From contig JBHLKM010000011.1 in NCBI GenBank assembly GCA_048886685.1, positions 47,115 through 111,114 of the forward strand: 64,000 nucleotides of DNA, read 5' to 3'. Both the position numbers and the translations under genes were made by a program. This stretch comes from Candidatus Hodarchaeota archaeon. Lineage in GTDB: Archaea; Asgardarchaeota; Lokiarchaeia; Sigyniarchaeales; SOKP01. The notes beneath the pieces are model-generated. The model worked only from the letters and a program-made list of their open reading frames with translations, had not been told where the DNA came from and did no database searches. This document shows positions 1-9,456 of the stretch, one piece after another. Each line of letters starts with the position of its first letter. Within the stretch, counting starts at the first letter, position 1.

Positions 1-309
1 ATAACAGAAAAACCAGATCCACAAGGAAAACCAAAGTATCTTATTATTGGAGGGGGAATCGCTAACTTTACTGATGTAAAAGCAACTTTCACAGGGATAG
101 TGAGTGCTATTAAGAATTCTGTAGATAAATTGAAGAGAGCGAATGTTAAAATACTCGTACGCCGTGGAGGACCTAATGAGAAACAAGGTTTAGAACTGAT
201 GAAACAAGTCGGTGAAGACACCGGAATCCCAATTGAGGTTTATGATAGATATACACACATGACCAGAGTGGTTGAACTAATTAAAAAAGCAGAAAAGGGT
301 AAAACCTAA
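1..309 (+). CDS. aclB: ATP-citrate lyase beta (ATP-grasp/citrate-binding) subunit, 3' part; starts before the window
   Basis: Frame 1 is open from base 1 (ITEKPDPQGKPKYLIIGGGIANFTDVKATF...VRRGGPN). GGGIANFT and RRGGPN are ACL citrate-binding-domain motifs. Lies directly upstream of aclA. Confidence 0.9.
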   Translation: MTEKPDPQGKPKYLIIGGGIANFTDVKATFTGIVSAIKNSVDKLKRANVKILVRRGGPNEKQGLELMKQVGEDTGIPIEVYDRYTHMTRVVELIKKAEKGKT

Positions 310-311
310 AA

Positions 312-317
312 AGGAGG
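312..317 (+). promoter_or_regulatory. Shine-Dalgarno site of aclA
   Basis: AGGAGG ending 10 nt before the ATG at 328. Confidence 0.6.
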
Positions 318-327
318 AGATATCAAA

Positions 328-2163
328 ATGGAAGATTACGATTTGTTTGATAAAAATACACAAGCCATTATTTATGGTTTTCAAGCAAGAGCCATACAAA
401 GAATGTTAGATTTTGATTACGTTTGTAAAAGAGAAAAACCATCAGTTGCAGCAGTAATTCGCCCAACTCAAGCTGCTGCTGTTGCGTACCACAAAGTATT
501 TTGGGGATCAAATGAAATTGTTGTTCCCGTATATAAAACCCTCCAGTTAACCATTAAAAACCATCCTAATGCTGATGTCATGGTAAATTTTGCTTCATTT
601 CGATCTGCCTATCCCACAAGTAAAGAAGCGCTTGAATCTGAGACAATTCGGACAGTTGCCATTATCGCGGAGGGTATGCCAGAAAGACAGACTAGACATT
701 TGATCAAGATTGCTAATGAAAGAAATAAAGTAATTATTGGTCCTGCAACGGTGGGTGGAATGAAAGCTGGTGCCTTTAAGATTGGAAACACTGCTGGAAC
801 TATTGAAAATATAGAGTTATCCAGACTTTACAGGCCAGGTTCAGTTGGATTTGTATCTAAATCTGGTGGTTTATCTAATGAGATGAACTTCATGATTTCT
901 CAAACTACTGATGGAATTTATGAAGGGATAGCAATTGGGGGAGATAGATACCCAGGTTCTCAATTAATTGATCATCTATTGCGTTATGAAGTTAATCCTA
1001 ATATTAAAATGCTAGTTGCATTAGGAGAAATTGGTGGGAAAGATGAATATGCTATTGTTGATGCAATTAAAACCGGAAAAATAACTAAACCTTTGGTTAT
1101 TTGGGTTGCAGGAACAGGTGCGAAAATATTGCCAGCTGGATTACAATTCGGACATGCTGGTGCTATGGCGGGGAGTGATATGGAGACTGCTGAAGCAAAA
1201 AATAAAGCTTTAAAAGAAGCTGGAGCAATTGTACCTGATTCATATGAAGATTTAGACAAATTGATAAGGCAAACTTTTGATAAATTAGTACAGGAAGGAA
1301 AAGCAAAACCCGCGGAAGAATTTGAACCACCAAAAATACCTCTTGATTTTAACGATGCGACAAGATTAGGTTTAGTAAGACGCCCAACTGATGTTGTGGT
1401 AACTATAAGTGATGATCGTGGTGAAATAGTAACATTTAATCAAGTACCACTTGATAAGATTATAAGAGAAAATAAATCGTTAGGCTATGTTATTGGTTTG
1501 CTCTGGTTTAAACGTGAGTTACCAGAATTTGCGCAGCAGTATATTGAAATGGTTATAAAGTTAACTGCTGATCATGGTCCTGCTGTTTCAGGAGCGCATA
1601 ATGCAATAATTACAGCTAGAGCGGGAAAAGACTTAATGTCTGCTTTAGCAAGTGGAATTCTCACGATTGGTCCTCGATTTGGTGGTGCAGTTTCAGATGC
1701 AGCTAAATATTTCAGAGAAGCAATGCAAAAAGGAATGACTCCTGTTGAATTTATGAATTATATGAAGGATGTTGCAAAAATAAACATTCCGGGAATTGGT
1801 CACAGAGTCAAGTCAGTTCAAAATCCCGATATGCGTGTTGTTTTGTTAAAAGAATTTATATTCAAGAACTTTCCGAAGCATCCTCATTTGGATTACGCTT
1901 TAGAAGTTGAAAAAGCTACAACCTCAAAGCGAAATAATCTTATACTAAATGTTGATGGTTGTATTGGGATTACTTTTTTAGATTTATTGGAAAACTTAGA
2001 TTATACCAGAGAAGAAATTGAAGATGTAATTTATAGTGAAGCTTTAAATGGTCTCTTCGTTTTAGGAAGATCCATTGGAATGATGGGGCATATCTTTGAT
2101 CAGAAACGTCAAAGAGCAGGTTTATTCCGCCAACCTTATGATGAAATATTATTTACCGAATAA
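328..2163 (+). CDS. aclA: ATP-citrate lyase alpha subunit (CoA-binding, phospho-His and citryl-CoA lyase domains)
   Basis: NFASFRSA, IIGPATVGG, catalytic FGHAGA; C-terminal citrate-synthase-like ADHGPAVSGAHN, PGIGHRVKS, LILNVDG. Confidence 0.93.
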   Translation: MEDYDLFDKNTQAIIYGFQARAIQRMLDFDYVCKREKPSVAAVIRPTQAAAVAYHKVFWGSNEIVVPVYKTLQLTIKNHPNADVMVNFASFRSAYPTSKEALESETIRTVAIIAEGMPERQTRHLIKIANERNKVIIGPATVGGMKAGAFKIGNTAGTIENIELSRLYRPGSVGFVSKSGGLSNEMNFMISQTTDGIYEGIAIGGDRYPGSQLIDHLLRYEVNPNIKMLVALGEIGGKDEYAIVDAIKTGKITKPLVIWVAGTGAKILPAGLQFGHAGAMAGSDMETAEAKNKALKEAGAIVPDSYEDLDKLIRQTFDKLVQEGKAKPAEEFEPPKIPLDFNDATRLGLVRRPTDVVVTISDDRGEIVTFNQVPLDKIIRENKSLGYVIGLLWFKRELPEFAQQYIEMVIKLTADHGPAVSGAHNAIITARAGKDLMSALASGILTIGPRFGGAVSDAAKYFREAMQKGMTPVEFMNYMKDVAKINIPGIGHRVKSVQNPDMRVVLLKEFIFKNFPKHPHLDYALEVEKATTSKRNNLILNVDGCIGITFLDLLENLDYTREEIEDVIYSEALNGLFVLGRSIGMMGHIFDQKRQRAGLFRQPYDEILFTE

Positions 2164-2247
2164 TAATTTTTAAATTCAATTTTTTTATAATCAAAAATTA
2201 ATAAAAAAAGAAATTTTAAAAAAACCAAATATTTGGAGGAAATTTAA

Positions 2248-3438
2248 ATGACTGATATAGTTGAAAACGCAGTAAAACATTTTGAGACTCTTGTTAAAGA
2301 GCAATTAGAACGAGTCGAGAGAATGAAAAAGGCTGCAGATTGGACAGACTATTCCAAATTAAAACCGATTATTATTGGAATTGTTGGAGGGGATGGAATT
2401 GGACCATACATTACGAAACATGCTCATAAGATTTTAGATTTTTTACTTAAAGATGAAGTAGATAGTGGGGCTGTAGAATTTAGAGTTATTGAAGGATTGA
2501 CTATTGAAAATCGAGCAAAAGTAATGAAGGCTATTCCTGATGATGTTCTAGAGGAAATAAAGAGATGTCATGTCTTATTAAAGGGTCCAACTACTACACC
2601 ACGGAAAGGCGATAAATGGCCAAATATCGAAAGTGCTAATGTAACAATGAGACGTGAGTTAGATTTATTCGCCAATGTACGCCCTGTGAAAGTTCCAGAA
2701 TTAGGAATAGATTGGATGTTCTTCAGAGAAAATACTGAAGGTGCTTATGTATTAGGATCAAAAGGAATTAACATTTCTGATGATTTATCCATTGATTTCA
2801 AAGTGATAACAAAACAAGGTTCAGATAGAATTATTCGTCTAGCGTTTGATTACGCAGCTAAAAACAATATAAACCGTGTATCTGTAGTAACAAAAGCAAA
2901 TGTCGTAAAAGCTACAGATGGTAGATTTCTCGCCATGGCAGAAGAAATCGCTAAAGAATATCCCCAAGTAAAATGGGATGATTGGTATATAGATATCGCT
3001 ACTGCAAAACTCGTTGATCCTGCACGTCAAAAAGATTTTAAAGTATTTGTTGCCCCTAATCTTTATGGAGACATCATAACTGATGAAGCCGCTCAACTTC
3101 AAGGAGGAGTTGGAACAGCAGGGAGTGCAAATATAGGGAAAGAATATTCAATGTTTGAAGCTATTCATGGCTCAGCTCCTCGAATGATTGAGGAAGGAAG
3201 AGCTCAATACGCTGATCCTTCAAGTATCATAAAAGCTGCAGCACTACTTTTAAACCATATAGGATTTGTGGATAAAGCAAAACAACTTGAAATGGCTCTT
3301 GATATATGTGCAACTTATGAGAAGAAATTAAAAATGACTGGAAGAGATACCGGTGCTACAGGTGAAGAATTCGCAAAATATATTTTGGATACCCTACAAG
3401 ACCCAAACCTTGAAGAAAAATGGAATAAATATCAATAA
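2248..3438 (+). CDS. icd: Isocitrate/isopropylmalate dehydrogenase family protein, probably isocitrate dehydrogenase
   Basis: GDGIGP, LKGPTTTP, SANVTMRRELDLFANVRP, RENTEGAY, KANVVK, NLYGDIITD, FEAIHGSAP; follows aclBA. Confidence 0.75.
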   Translation: MTDIVENAVKHFETLVKEQLERVERMKKAADWTDYSKLKPIIIGIVGGDGIGPYITKHAHKILDFLLKDEVDSGAVEFRVIEGLTIENRAKVMKAIPDDVLEEIKRCHVLLKGPTTTPRKGDKWPNIESANVTMRRELDLFANVRPVKVPELGIDWMFFRENTEGAYVLGSKGINISDDLSIDFKVITKQGSDRIIRLAFDYAAKNNINRVSVVTKANVVKATDGRFLAMAEEIAKEYPQVKWDDWYIDIATAKLVDPARQKDFKVFVAPNLYGDIITDEAAQLQGGVGTAGSANIGKEYSMFEAIHGSAPRMIEEGRAQYADPSSIIKAAALLLNHIGFVDKAKQLEMALDICATYEKKLKMTGRDTGATGEEFAKYILDTLQDPNLEEKWNKYQ

Positions 3439-3457
3439 TTATAATTTTATTGTCAAA

Positions 3458-3475
3458 TTTTTTTATTCTTTTTTT
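3458..3475 (+). terminator. T-rich archaeal terminator after icd
   Basis: TTTTTTTATTCTTTTTTT about 20 nt after the stop codon. Confidence 0.45.
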
Positions 3476-3537
3476 AAATTGAATATAAATCTAATTAGAT
3501 AAGGAAACAAAATTCTTTTATTGGGTTTTATTAGGAT

Positions 3538-3815
3538 TTAGTATTTTATGATATTTATACCTTCAATTCTCTCAAAATGACTTATATTTCTAGTTATTAT
3601 ATCCTTAATCCCATTTGTTAACATGATACTAGCAATTAGAATACCATTATCATCTATTCTTTGTCCTTGGGAATCTAAAATATCATAAATCTCAGCTGCC
3701 CTTTCAGCTTCTTTATATCCTAAAGCAAAGATCTAGTTCTTTCAAACCCAATATTCATTTCATAGACAGTAATAGAAGTAATATGAATCAGATCTTCTCG
3801 ATCTTCAATTGTTTT
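3538..3815 (-). pseudogene. Degraded PIN-domain (VapC) toxin
   Basis: Minus strand reads IEDREDLIHITSITVYEMNIGFERTR, shifts frame, then FALGYKEAERAAEIYDILDSQGQRIDDNGILIASIMLTNGIKDIITRNISHFERIEGINIIKY*. PIN C-terminal motifs are present; the N-terminal strand and middle are missing. Confidence 0.75.
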
Positions 3816-4039
3816 TTTGAATAAGCAAAATTCTTTTTTTTCTCTAAGTCCTCTAAAAAATTTATTATTTGATTCAATGTCATTGTAATTATGTATTGTT
3901 AAACTCCTTAAATATAATAATAGGAAAATTGTTTATTAATATTTTAGAATCAATTGCATTCTAAAAACAATTAAATAAAAAAAATCATAAAGCGATTGGC
4001 TATTTTTAATAAATTATAATAGTCTTGAGTTTATATCAA

Positions 4040-4357
4040 TTAGTAATTAATTTCATTCATAATTTCGTAATGCTGTGAGAATTTATCATGTCTTAAAAGA
4101 ATTTCTTTTGCTTTTTGAGGAACAAAGGATTTCTGATACTCTTCCCCGGCAAATTTTTTAACGGCATCTAAATTATCAAATACCATTATAGTAATAAATT
4201 CAACCTCATTTTCTAAGGGGCGTCTTAAAAGAATTATTTTTTTATATCCTTTTATGTTTCGATTTTCAATAGATGGAAATATTTCTTTTCTCAATAGGTC
4301 TTCATATATATCAGCATTTTCAAATGAAGTCCAACCATGCCAGATTCTTGCTATCAT
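4040..4357 (-). CDS. Antibiotic biosynthesis monooxygenase-like dimeric alpha/beta barrel protein
   Basis: MIARIWHGWT...EVEFITIMVFDNLDAVKKFAG...VP...HYE pattern typical of this family. Confidence 0.75.
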   Translation of the reverse strand: MIARIWHGWTSFENADIYEDLLRKEIFPSIENRNIKGYKKIILLRRPLENEVEFITIMVFDNLDAVKKFAGEEYQKSFVPQKAKEILLRHDKFSQHYEIMNEINY

Positions 4358-4415
4358 TTTTTAGATGTGTTTATTTATAATTTTTAATGAGATTACGCTT
4401 AAAGATATATTTTTT

Positions 4416-4838
4416 CTATACAATAGGATCGATTATTTCAAGATTTGGAATTTTTTTAAATATATTATCATGGGTACATATCTTCATGATTTGATTCATT
4501 TCTAGAAATGAAAGGATTGTTGCATCTCTTCCTCCTATTCCAGTGTGAGAGTATTTACACAATGTTGAGAAAATGAGATCTAGATCTTCGAATTCTAAAT
4601 TTCCAACAATAAAATCTATTGATGAAAATAATTCCCATTTCTCTTTAGCTATTTCTGATCCCAATCTTTTGACTAAATAATGCATTACTTCCATCAATAC
4701 AAGTGTATTAACTGCTAAGAGGCCTTCATCATATAGATTATTGAAATGCTTTTTAACCAATTCGTGTTCAACTGTGGTTTTATCAAATAAATAGATCCAA
4801 TAGTTAGAATCCACAAAAATTATTGGTTTTTGGTCCAT
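4416..4838 (-). CDS. vapC: PIN-domain toxin (VapC)
   Basis: FVDSNYW, E in VLMEV, GRDATI, ICTHD acidic PIN residues; overlaps the upstream antitoxin stop. Confidence 0.85.
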   Translation of the reverse strand: MDQKPIIFVDSNYWIYLFDKTTVEHELVKKHFNNLYDEGLLAVNTLVLMEVMHYLVKRLGSEIAKEKWELFSSIDFIVGNLEFEDLDLIFSTLCKYSHTGIGGRDATILSFLEMNQIMKICTHDNIFKKIPNLEIIDPIV

Positions 4839-5062
4839 ATGCTTTTAATCATCTCTGGTGTTAGTTTTTCTTCTAATGGAGTTGTTATGCATCCCACAAG
4901 TTTATCGAATATTTCTTCTTTTGAGGGGCTTTTCTTAATATTAATTGAATTATCCGGATTAACCTTAATAGTTAACTTATCACCTGGCTGTATTAGTAAT
5001 TTTTCACGTATTTTTGAAGGCAATGTTAAACGACCACGTTCATCAATTTCAACCTTTCCCAT
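4820..5062 (-). CDS. AbrB/MazE/SpoVT-family antitoxin (VapB)
   Basis: MGKVEIDERGRLTLPSKIREKLLIQPGDKL is a classic AbrB fold. Start placed at ATG 5062 rather than TTG 5134. Confidence 0.85.
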   Translation of the reverse strand: MGKVEIDERGRLTLPSKIREKLLIQPGDKLTIKVNPDNSINIKKSPSKEEIFDKLVGCITTPLEEKLTPEMIKSIWTKNQ

Positions 5063-5211
5063 ATAATCGCCCATAATATTTATATCTGTACGAAATGTAA
5101 GTCTGCAATGTGTGGGTTGTTTTTCCCTTTTCAACCAATAACTATTAGTACAAATCCCAAATTAATTATTATATAATACTATAAAGAACACTTTAAGAAT
5201 GGTTTTTATCA

Positions 5212-6552
5212 ATGAAGAAAAAGAGAGTAATTATAATTGGTGCTCTTGGAATGGATTTTCATGTTTTTAATACTGTTTTCAGGGATAATGAAGAATATGA
5301 CGTAGTGGCTTTTACTATTGCGGGAGAGCAAAACATTGGTACTACTGAAGAAGCTGAACGAAGATTTCCGGCTAAATTAGCAGGGAAATTATATCCAAAT
5401 GGAATTCCGATGGTATCAGAAGATTTACTCGAAGATTTAATTAAAAAACATAACGTTGATGAGGTTGTTTTCGCGTATTCAGATGTTTCTCATGAAGAAG
5501 TTATGCATAAAGCTTCCAGAGCCCTTGCTGCAGGAGCAAATTATCGATTAATTTCTGGAAGATTCACTCAATTAAAAGCGAATAAACCTGTAGTTGCTAT
5601 ATGTGCAGTAAGAACAGGTTGTGGCAAGAGTCAAGTTTCTCGAGCTACATATCGATATTTAAAGAGTAAAGGATACAAAGTTGTAGCTATTCGCGAGCCA
5701 ATGCCTTATGGTAATTTAATTCAACAAAATGTCATGCGATTCGAAAAATATGAAGATTTAGATAAATACGATTGCACCATTGAAGAGCGTGAAGAATATG
5801 AACCTTATATAAGACAAGGATTAGTAATTTATTCTGGAGTTGACTATGAAAAAATAATAAGAGAAGCAGAAAAAGAATCGGATGTTATTATTTTTGATGG
5901 GGGAAATAATGAGATTTCTTTCTATCTTACGGATTTACTATTCGTTGTTGTCGATCCTTTAAGACCAGGACACGAAAACAAATATCATCCAGGAGAAGTA
6001 AATGCTAAATATGCTGATGTTTTTGTAATTAACAAGATGAATAGTGCGAAACAAGAAGATGTTAAAATTGTGGAAAAAAATCTTGATGAATTAAACCCAA
6101 ATGCTATAAAAGTTTATACTAATTCGTTAGTTAAAGCAGAAGATCCATTAAGATTAAAGGGGAAAAAAGTTGTAGTTGTAGAAGATGGTCCTACTTTAAC
6201 TCATGGAGGGATGTCGATTGGCGCTGCATATGTTGCTGCTAAAAATGCAGAAGCAAAAATAATAGATCCTAGAAAATTTTTGGTGGGATCCATGAAGGAT
6301 GTTTTCGAAGATTTCCCTCAAATAACACAGATTGTACCTGCTATGGGTTACACTGACCAACAAATAGAAGATTTAGAGAAAACACTTAATAATGTGAAAG
6401 CAGATATAATCTTGAATGGAAGTCCTATAGATTTAAACAAATTAGTCAAGGTAAATAAACCAATTGTAAAAGTATCATATGATATCGAATCAATAGGAAG
6501 TCCTACGATTGAAGAATTGCTTGATGATTTTATTAATAAATTCTTAGAATAA
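5212..6552 (+). CDS. arcE: COG2403 P-loop protein, arginine synthetase (ArcE)-like
   Basis: DFH.FN, LAG.LYPNGIP, FAYSDVSHE.VMH.AS, AVRTGCGKSQ, PMPYG, CTIEEREEYEP, DGGNN, EDGPTLTHGGM, PAMGY match Thermococcus ArcE as I recall it; OTC, carbamate kinase and OAT lie nearby. Confidence 0.75.
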   Translation: MKKKRVIIIGALGMDFHVFNTVFRDNEEYDVVAFTIAGEQNIGTTEEAERRFPAKLAGKLYPNGIPMVSEDLLEDLIKKHNVDEVVFAYSDVSHEEVMHKASRALAAGANYRLISGRFTQLKANKPVVAICAVRTGCGKSQVSRATYRYLKSKGYKVVAIREPMPYGNLIQQNVMRFEKYEDLDKYDCTIEEREEYEPYIRQGLVIYSGVDYEKIIREAEKESDVIIFDGGNNEISFYLTDLLFVVVDPLRPGHENKYHPGEVNAKYADVFVINKMNSAKQEDVKIVEKNLDELNPNAIKVYTNSLVKAEDPLRLKGKKVVVVEDGPTLTHGGMSIGAAYVAAKNAEAKIIDPRKFLVGSMKDVFEDFPQITQIVPAMGYTDQQIEDLEKTLNNVKADIILNGSPIDLNKLVKVNKPIVKVSYDIESIGSPTIEELLDDFINKFLE

Positions 6553-6589
6553 TAGTAATTTTTGTTGGTTTATAAGCTGATTAATTTTT

Positions 6590-7093
6590 TTAGCCAGTCG
6601 TTATTTTGTAATGAATGTAAAAAACAAGCCCTATACAAAATACACCAAGATCCATTAATATAGCTCCAAATAATGTACTATACACACCAAGTCCTATGTT
6701 TACAGCATCATCAAAGAGAAGTGGCGTTCCTATAGAATTAGAGTACACGGCAGTCATTGGCCATCCAATGAAGTCTAAAATCCAATGACTAAAAACGAGA
6801 AATCCGATAATTATACTAATTTGATAGACTTCTGCATTCCACATTGATGAATTATTTTTATTTTCTTGGTTTTTTTTTGAATTGAGACGCATTTTAATAA
6901 GTGCCGTTATAATTATCGCTATTATTGACCAAAAAATGCTCATAAACAGCCCATGTGTAATCCATATTGCGAATAAAAATATAAAAGATAATAGATCAAT
7001 AAACATAACACTTATTAACAAAATCCAGAGGGAAACTTGAGGAGTGAAACGCTTTGCTGCTAATCCTATTCCAAAATGAGCTAAAGCAGGCAT
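6590..7093 (-). CDS. Membrane-bound metal-dependent hydrolase-like protein (YdjM-like)
   Basis: Several TM helices with spaced ligands H(AHFG), D(IDLL), H(THG), H..D(SHWILD). Confidence 0.6.
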   Translation of the reverse strand: MPALAHFGIGLAAKRFTPQVSLWILLISVMFIDLLSFIFLFAIWITHGLFMSIFWSIIAIIITALIKMRLNSKKNQENKNNSSMWNAEVYQISIIIGFLVFSHWILDFIGWPMTAVYSNSIGTPLLFDDAVNIGLGVYSTLFGAILMDLGVFCIGLVFYIHYKITTG

Positions 7094-7225
7094 GTGATTT
7101 GAAAGGTTAAAATTATTTATAAAAATTATCTATTCTAAAATTTATTTGAATAATATTTAATTCAAAAGTCTCATTAAATCATCCATAATCTAAAATTTTG
7201 TTTTTAATTTAATAATTAGAACTGA

Positions 7226-9421
7226 ATGGAGCAAAATTCTATGATTTTGGCAGAAAAAAAATATGAAATCTACGAAGTTCAGAAGGGTTATGCTAATAGA
7301 ACCCTGTATATTAATCTTTCTAACAATGAGATTACGATTAAACCTGTTTCTGATGAAATGAAAGATAAATTCATTGGTGGAAAAGGTTTTGATTTGTGGC
7401 TTATGTGGAATTCTCTTCCAAAAGATGGTATAATTAAATGGAATGATCCTGAAAATGAGATTTGCATTTCTTCTGGTCCCTTAGGAGGGAGTATATTTTA
7501 TCCTGGATCAGGGAAGTCACTTGTGACCACAATATCACCATTGACAGGTATTATTGTGGATTCTAATGTTGGAGGTTATTTTGGACCATATCTTAAATTT
7601 TCTGGATTTGATGCATTAGAAATTCAAGGAAAAGCCCAAAAGGATGTTATTATTTATATTGATGGAATGGAAGGATTAGTTCAAATTAATGAAGTTAAAG
7701 ATTCCGATGGTTTCTCAGAATATTCTCATGAACTTACTCAACAATTAACTGAAAAATATGCAAAAGAAGACTCTGAGAAGCGACAGATCTCAGTAGTGAG
7801 CTCTGGTCCTGCCGCCAAGCATTCAAAATGGGGGATGCTTAACTTTTCGTGGTATACAACAACCCGTAAACATGCTTCTGTTAAACAAGCTGGCCGAGGG
7901 GGAATAGGGACCGTGTTTAATTATAAGAATATAAGAGCCCTCGTTTGTCGGGCACCTAAAGTAACAATAAAATCAAATAATCCAGCGGATTTAGATGCTG
8001 CTCGAGAATTAGGAAAAGTTCATAGCAAGGAAATTGTAGATATTGATCCAACTCAAAATGAGATGAGAAGAGTTGGGACGGGTTATTTACCAGATATAAT
8101 GAATGTTGTCGATCTATTACCTGTAGAAAACTTTCGATTTGGATCTCATAAAGAAATCAAAGATAAAAACATACCATTTAATCGTGAGGAGATGCGTACA
8201 GTTTACCATGTTAGAGAAGGAGCAGATGGGTGTTGGATAGGATGTACAATGTCCTGTTCACATTATACTCTTGGGCATAAAGTCATGACTGGCCCATTTA
8301 AAGGTCAAGAAGTAATTGTTGAAGGTCCTGAATATGAAACTATAGCGGGATGTGGTTCAAATTGGGGTGTTTGGGATATTAAATGGGTACTTGAAGTTAA
8401 CTTTTATTGCGACACGTATGGGTTGGATACAATCTCAACTGGTACAGGAATTGGATTTGTAATGGAATGTTATGAAGAAGGAATATTAAACAAAGAAATT
8501 ACAGGAGGACTTGAACTTAATTTTGGAAACGCCGAAGCTGCTTTAGAATTAATTCATCAGATGGCACGTGGGGAAGATTTTGGAGTTGTGGTAGGGCAAG
8601 GAATAAGAGAAATGAAGAAAATTTTTGCTGAGAAATATGGTGGAGACCCTCAATTTCTTCAAGATATAGGAATGGAACACAAGGGTTTGGAATTCTCAGA
8701 ATATATAACAAAAGAATCTCTTGCACAGCAAGGAGGATACGGATTAGCACTTAAAGGCCCTCAACATGATGAAGCATGGCTGATTTTCGAAGATATGGTA
8801 AGAAATACACTTCCTACATTTGAAGATAAAGCAAAGGCTTTACGTTGGTTTCCTTATTGGCGGACATGGTTCGGTTTGAATGGTCTCTGTAAACTACCCT
8901 GGAACGACGCTATCGGACCCCAAAATAAAGATTTGCCAGTAAAAGATCCAGAAACAGGTGAACTACTTCAAGCAAGAATACCATATCATGTTGAGTGGTA
9001 TGCAAAGTTTTTCTTTGCAGTTACTGGAAGGCAATCTACTCCAGGTGATCTTATTAAAATGTCTGAACGAGTCTATAACTTCCAAAGAATATTTAATATT
9101 AGATTAGGTCAGGGTTTACGCGAAGGTGATTCTAATTTGCCTTATAGAGCAATGGGACCTGTCTTACCTTTAGAATATGAAAGCAGATTAGAATTATATG
9201 ACTCTCAATTAAAGGATTTAGGATTTAATATTGAAGGAGAAACAACTAAAGAAAAGATTAAAATCCTCCGAAAACATCGTGAAGAACAATATTCAAAACT
9301 TCAAGATGCAGTTTATAAAGAACGTGGTTGGAACCAAAATGGGTGCCCAAGAATAGAAAAAGTCAAAGAGTTGGGAATAGACTACGATGATGTAATATCT
9401 TTAATAAAACCATATCAATAA
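7226..9421 (+). CDS. aor: Tungsten-containing aldehyde:ferredoxin oxidoreductase family protein
   Basis: SPLTG...SNVGG.FG, QAGRGGIG, CWIGCTMSC, GPEYET, DTYGLDTIS, GLCK, YKERGW. Confidence 0.9.
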   Translation: MEQNSMILAEKKYEIYEVQKGYANRTLYINLSNNEITIKPVSDEMKDKFIGGKGFDLWLMWNSLPKDGIIKWNDPENEICISSGPLGGSIFYPGSGKSLVTTISPLTGIIVDSNVGGYFGPYLKFSGFDALEIQGKAQKDVIIYIDGMEGLVQINEVKDSDGFSEYSHELTQQLTEKYAKEDSEKRQISVVSSGPAAKHSKWGMLNFSWYTTTRKHASVKQAGRGGIGTVFNYKNIRALVCRAPKVTIKSNNPADLDAARELGKVHSKEIVDIDPTQNEMRRVGTGYLPDIMNVVDLLPVENFRFGSHKEIKDKNIPFNREEMRTVYHVREGADGCWIGCTMSCSHYTLGHKVMTGPFKGQEVIVEGPEYETIAGCGSNWGVWDIKWVLEVNFYCDTYGLDTISTGTGIGFVMECYEEGILNKEITGGLELNFGNAEAALELIHQMARGEDFGVVVGQGIREMKKIFAEKYGGDPQFLQDIGMEHKGLEFSEYITKESLAQQGGYGLALKGPQHDEAWLIFEDMVRNTLPTFEDKAKALRWFPYWRTWFGLNGLCKLPWNDAIGPQNKDLPVKDPETGELLQARIPYHVEWYAKFFFAVTGRQSTPGDLIKMSERVYNFQRIFNIRLGQGLREGDSNLPYRAMGPVLPLEYESRLELYDSQLKDLGFNIEGETTKEKIKILRKHREEQYSKLQDAVYKERGWNQNGCPRIEKVKELGIDYDDVISLIKPYQ

Positions 9422-9456
9422 AAATTAAATTACTTAATTACTAATATAGAATCCAA

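Noticed and set aside
1-2163. Succinyl-CoA synthetase
   Set aside because: The citrate-binding GGGIANFT motif and the C-terminal citryl-CoA lyase domain identify ATP-citrate lyase
5212-6552. Cyclic 2,3-diphosphoglycerate synthetase
   Set aside because: No 2-phosphoglycerate kinase is adjacent; the motifs and the OTC/carbamate kinase context fit the ArcE branch better (not formally excluded)
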